A program made the position numbers and the translations under genes. A stretch of DNA of 64,000 nucleotides, from assembly GCA_963761305.1 (NCBI GenBank), contig CAVXGK010000001.1:864001-928000 (forward strand), given 5' to 3'. The notes under the pieces are model-generated. The model worked only from the letters and a program-made list of their open reading frames with translations, ran no database searches and was not told the origin of the DNA. How positions within the stretch are numbered: position 1 is the first letter of the stretch; every line of letters starts with the position of its first letter. The DNA is from an uncultured Gemmatimonadaceae bacterium. GTDB taxonomy: Bacteria; Gemmatimonadota; Gemmatimonadetes; Gemmatimonadales; Gemmatimonadaceae. Below, piece after piece: positions 60,501 through 64,000 of the stretch.

Positions 60501-61529
60501 TCATCCCCGCCGTTCGAGCGCCGCCGTCGCGATCCGCTCGTACGCACCGACCGCGGCCTGGAGCTCGTCGAGCGAAATGTGCTCGTCGTCGCGGTGCGCG
60601 ACGTGAATCGAACCCGGACCGAACAGGTACGGCGTTCCCCAGTTGCCGAGCGCGGGAATGTCCGTCGCGAATGCGGCGACGGACGTGGGGAAACCGTCCA
60701 CTACCCCGAGCCGCACCGGCGGGACGACCGGCCCCCACTCGAGCTCGGCCCGGCCCGCAACCCATTTCTCGACGATCGACTTCACGTCCGTGGGCGGCGT
60801 GACCAGACGAATCATCACCCGAGCCTCCGCCGCCGGCGCGACGACGTTGTCGGCTACGCCGCCCGTCAGGATGCCGATGTTCACCGTCGTGTCGCCAAAG
60901 AGCTCGTCGCGCGGAAAGGCGATCGCATCCACTTCGGCGAGCAGATGCACGAGATCGCGCGTCGCCGAATGGCCGAGGTGCGGATAGGCCGAGTGCGCGG
61001 CGTGGCCGCGCGTGCGAATCGTGACGCGAATCGCGCCCTTGGTGCCGACGGCGAGCGTGCTCTGTGTAGGCTCACCGTCGATCACGACGCGATTCGTCCT
61101 CGGAACGAGCCCCGACGCGATCGCCTCGTTGGCCGCGTGCGCGCCGTCGTGGGTCACCTCCTCACCGACCACGAACAGCAGGGCGATCGGCACGTGCGCG
61201 TCGCGTAGGCCCTCGGCGGCGGAGATCATCGCGGCGGCGATGCCTTTCGCGTCGCAGGCGCCGCGGCCGTGGAGCGTCCCGCCGTCGAGACGCGGCGGAA
61301 TGAACGGCGGCACGGTGTCCAGATGCGTCGTCAGCGTCACAAGGGGGGCGTCGGCGACCGTCGCGTAGACGTCGTCCCGCCCGGGGGAGACCGGAATGCG
61401 AAGGGTCCGCCAGCCATGCTCGGCGAGGTAGCGATCGAGCCAGGCGACCACCTCGCCTTCACGGCCGCTGGTCGAGTCGATTGACATCAGGCTCGTTGCC
61501 AACTGAATTGGATCACTTCGCGTAGTCAT
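60501..61529 (-). CDS. M20 family metallohydrolase (ArgE/DapE-like)
   Basis: THLDTVPP, GRGACDAKG, VGEE, GEPT, AAHSA, GPGSIHVAH. Confidence 0.92.
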   Translation of the reverse strand: MTTRSDPIQLATSLMSIDSTSGREGEVVAWLDRYLAEHGWRTLRIPVSPGRDDVYATVADAPLVTLTTHLDTVPPFIPPRLDGGTLHGRGACDAKGIAAAMISAAEGLRDAHVPIALLFVVGEEVTHDGAHAANEAIASGLVPRTNRVVIDGEPTQSTLAVGTKGAIRVTIRTRGHAAHSAYPHLGHSATRDLVHLLAEVDAIAFPRDELFGDTTVNIGILTGGVADNVVAPAAEARVMIRLVTPPTDVKSIVEKWVAGRAELEWGPVVPPVRLGVVDGFPTSVAAFATDIPALGNWGTPYLFGPGSIHVAHRDDEHISLDELQAAVGAYERIATAALERRG

Positions 61530-61581
61530 CTCGGCAAGATCGAACCGCCCTCCGACTCGCGCAACGCTCAGGAGACCCAGC

Positions 61582-64000
61582 ATGCGCTTCCCCGTCCCGC
61601 TTGTGCCGCCGCATCGTCGTTCGCTCGCCGTCGTCGTGATCGTGTGCGCCAGCAGCGTGCCCGTCGTCGCGCCGGCGCTCGGCGCCCAACGCGCGCCGGC
61701 CACTGTGCAGCAGTCGGGCGCCGCGGCGAGCGCGCCGCGCACCGACGACACCAAGCGCGCGATGACCGTGGCCGACTACGGCAAGTGGCGCTCGATTCGC
61801 GACGTCGCGATCTCCGACGACGGCACGTGGGCCTCATACGGCTATCAGCAGCGGCGGGTGGACGACACGCTCTTCTTGAAGAACCTGTCGATGCCGGCCG
61901 AGTGGATGCTGCCGCGTGCCTCGCGCCCGCAGTTTTCCGACGACTCGAAGTGGGTCGCGTACTTCGTCGCCGAGCCGCAGCGCGGCAACGCGCCCGAGAC
62001 CGAGACGCCGCCGAACGGCCCGTCGCGGATGGAGTTGAGAAATCTCGTAAACGGGGCCCTGGAGTCCTGGGACAACATCGCGTCGTTCGCGTTCTCGAAA
62101 GGCTCGGCAGCACTGACGATAAGGAAGGCACGCGCCGGCGCCGCGCCCGACGCCGCCGCCGGCGGCGGGCGAGGTGCGGCCGGCGGAGGCGCGCCGGGTG
62201 GCGGCCGCGGTGGACGTGGCGGCGCCGCACCGGTCCGGGTCGACGGAACGGATCTCATCCTGCACCACCTGCGCGACGGCGGCGATGAGCTGATCGGCAG
62301 CGTGTCGTCGGCCGAGTTCAACAAGTCCGGGACGATGCTGGCGTACACGGTGTCGGCGACCGGCCGCGACGGGAACGGCGTGTTCGTGCTGTCGACCACG
62401 AACTGGCAGCGCCGTGCGCTCGAGAACACGCGAGCCGACTACGCGCGCCTTACGTGGGACGACTCGGGGACGTCGGTCGCGGCGCTGCGCGGTTCGGATC
62501 GGCGCGGGTTCACCGAAAAGGAGAACGCGCTCATCGCATTCGTCGCGCTCGAGAGCGCGGAGCCGGCGGCGTTCGTGCTCGATCGCAAGCAGCTCTCCGG
62601 GCTGGCCGACAGCATGGTGATCAGCGAAAAGGCGCCGATCTCGTGGAGTCCCGATCACTCGAAGATCTTCGTCGGACTCAAGCCGGAGGAAGCGACGGCG
62701 CCGCGGCGCGATTCGACGGTCGCCGTCGAACCGGTCGGCAACGTCGACGTGTGGCACTGGAAGGATCCGTACATCCAGCCGGTGCAGATGGTGCGCGCGC
62801 AGCAGGATCGGAACCGGACGTTCATCGCGACGGTGTTGCTCGCGCAGAAGAAGGTCGTGCCGCTCGCCGACGATCGGATGGATCGGGTGCAGATCACGCA
62901 CGACGGCGCGTGGGGCATCGGCCAGGACGACAAGAACTACGTGGACGATTGGAAGCCGCAGCTCTCCGACTTCTACCGCGTCAACACGACGAGCGGCGAA
63001 CGCACGCCGGTGCTCAAAGGGCAGGAGCGCTCGCTCGGCCTGTCGCCCGACGGGAAATACCTCCTCTATTGGAAGGACAAGCAGGTCTGGTCGTACGACA
63101 TCGCGGCGAACAAGCACGTCGCGATCACGCAGTCGGCGCCGGTGATCTTCGTCAACGCCGAGAACGATTACGTCGGCGAGAAGCCCGCGTACGGCGTGAG
63201 CGGGTTCACGAAGGACGGCAAGTCGGTGGTGCTGGACCACAAGTATGATCTGTGGGTCGTGTCGCTCGACGGCGCGGGTGCGGCGCGCAATCTGACCAAC
63301 GGCGTCGGCACGAAGAACGAGCTGCGATTCCGTTACGTGCGTCTCGAGCCCGACGACAACGCGCCGGCATTTGGTGGATTCGGCGGCGGCGGGGGCGGCG
63401 GCGGTCGCGGCGGAGGCAACGGCGGGACGATCGATCTGGCGAAGCCGGTGCTCCTCTCGGCGTTCACCGAACAGGACAAGAAAGCCGGCTATTACCGGCT
63501 CGAAGGCGATCAGCTCACGAAGCTCGTCTACGAGGACCGCAACTTCGGCCGTCCGATCAAGGCGAAGAATGCGGACCGCGTGCTCTTCACACGCGAAACG
63601 TTCGTGGAGTTCCCCGACTACTGGGTGACGAACAGCCGATTCGAGAATCCGAAACGTCTGACCGACGCGAATCCGCAGCAAGCGCAGTTCAAGTGGGGAC
63701 ACCGGATCCTGATCGACTACAAAGACAAGGACGGCCACAAGCTGCAGGGCACGCTGGCGGTACCCGACGACTATCAGACCGGGCAGAAGCGCCCGATGCT
63801 CGTGTACTTCTACGAGAAGCTCTCCGACCAGCAGAACCACTACGAGGTTCCGCGGTACGCGTCGGCGCCGCAGTACGCGGATTACGTGAGCAACGGGTAT
63901 CTCGTGCTGCTGCCGGACATCTACTTTCACACCGGCCGCTCGCACACCGACATGTTGAATTCGGTGGAGGCGGCGGTGAAGCGCGTCGAGGATCTCGGCT
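61582..64000 (+). CDS. Exported S9 (prolyl oligopeptidase/acylaminoacyl peptidase) family protein, 3' truncated; absent from the supplied ORF track
   Basis: Open frame from ATG 61582 (GGAG RBS) to the window end: signal peptide, DYGKWRSIRDVAISDDG, VDVWHWKD, LTDANPQQ, PMLVYFYE, GYLVLLPDI; catalytic Ser lies beyond the window. Confidence 0.88.
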   Translation, partial: MRFPVPLVPPHRRSLAVVVIVCASSVPVVAPALGAQRAPATVQQSGAAASAPRTDDTKRAMTVADYGKWRSIRDVAISDDGTWASYGYQQRRVDDTLFLKNLSMPAEWMLPRASRPQFSDDSKWVAYFVAEPQRGNAPETETPPNGPSRMELRNLVNGALESWDNIASFAFSKGSAALTIRKARAGAAPDAAAGGGRGAAGGGAPGGGRGGRGGAAPVRVDGTDLILHHLRDGGDELIGSVSSAEFNKSGTMLAYTVSATGRDGNGVFVLSTTNWQRRALENTRADYARLTWDDSGTSVAALRGSDRRGFTEKENALIAFVALESAEPAAFVLDRKQLSGLADSMVISEKAPISWSPDHSKIFVGLKPEEATAPRRDSTVAVEPVGNVDVWHWKDPYIQPVQMVRAQQDRNRTFIATVLLAQKKVVPLADDRMDRVQITHDGAWGIGQDDKNYVDDWKPQLSDFYRVNTTSGERTPVLKGQERSLGLSPDGKYLLYWKDKQVWSYDIAANKHVAITQSAPVIFVNAENDYVGEKPAYGVSGFTKDGKSVVLDHKYDLWVVSLDGAGAARNLTNGVGTKNELRFRYVRLEPDDNAPAFGGFGGGGGGGGRGGGNGGTIDLAKPVLLSAFTEQDKKAGYYRLEGDQLTKLVYEDRNFGRPIKAKNADRVLFTRETFVEFPDYWVTNSRFENPKRLTDANPQQAQFKWGHRILIDYKDKDGHKLQGTLAVPDDYQTGQKRPMLVYFYEKLSDQQNHYEVPRYASAPQYADYVSNGYLVLLPDIYFHTGRSHTDMLNSVEAAVKRVEDLG

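Noticed and set aside
62150..62230. GGC-rich repeats (also 63375-63425 and 45760-45800)
   Set aside because: They encode Gly/Arg-rich low-complexity linkers inside secreted peptidases, not DNA elements
61834..63945. 703-aa minus-strand ORF and other long Arg/Ala-rich overlapping ORFs in the track
   Set aside because: Antisense or off-frame shadows of high-GC genes; here the real gene is the plus-strand S9 peptidase

Overview
High-GC bacterial chromosome segment; gene content and style suggest a Gemmatimonadota-like diderm (inference). It is mostly housekeeping: LptF/G, MlaE-MlaD, amino-acid permeases, haem A/O synthesis, hemB/hemC/cobA-hemD, ccmABCD, acs, DsbA-VKOR, several peptidases, psuG, kynureninase and an Xre/MbcA-RES toxin-antitoxin pair. 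The main accessory feature is a ~12.5 kb, single-strand, largely translationally coupled defence-type island (17789-30264). It encodes an SNF2 helicase, type III Mod, RhuM, type III Res, a second (YqhH-like) SNF2 helicase and a 703-aa protein with a YqhG-like N-terminus fused to a ~300-aa array of C-x2-C/D-x4-C-x2-H repeats. That last helicase plus zinc-array pair is the best candidate for an undescribed system. The island carries many frameshifts, probably long-read consensus errors. Other oddities: a sortase that has lost its catalytic His and Cys next to a substrate-like gene with a degenerate LPxT motif; a FabF/cyclase/methyltransferase/flavoenzyme operon; a patatin-ferredoxin fusion; and several structured repeats between convergent genes. 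No rRNA, tRNA, CRISPR array, integrase or transposase was seen. All family calls are from motif recognition by eye; no searches were run.
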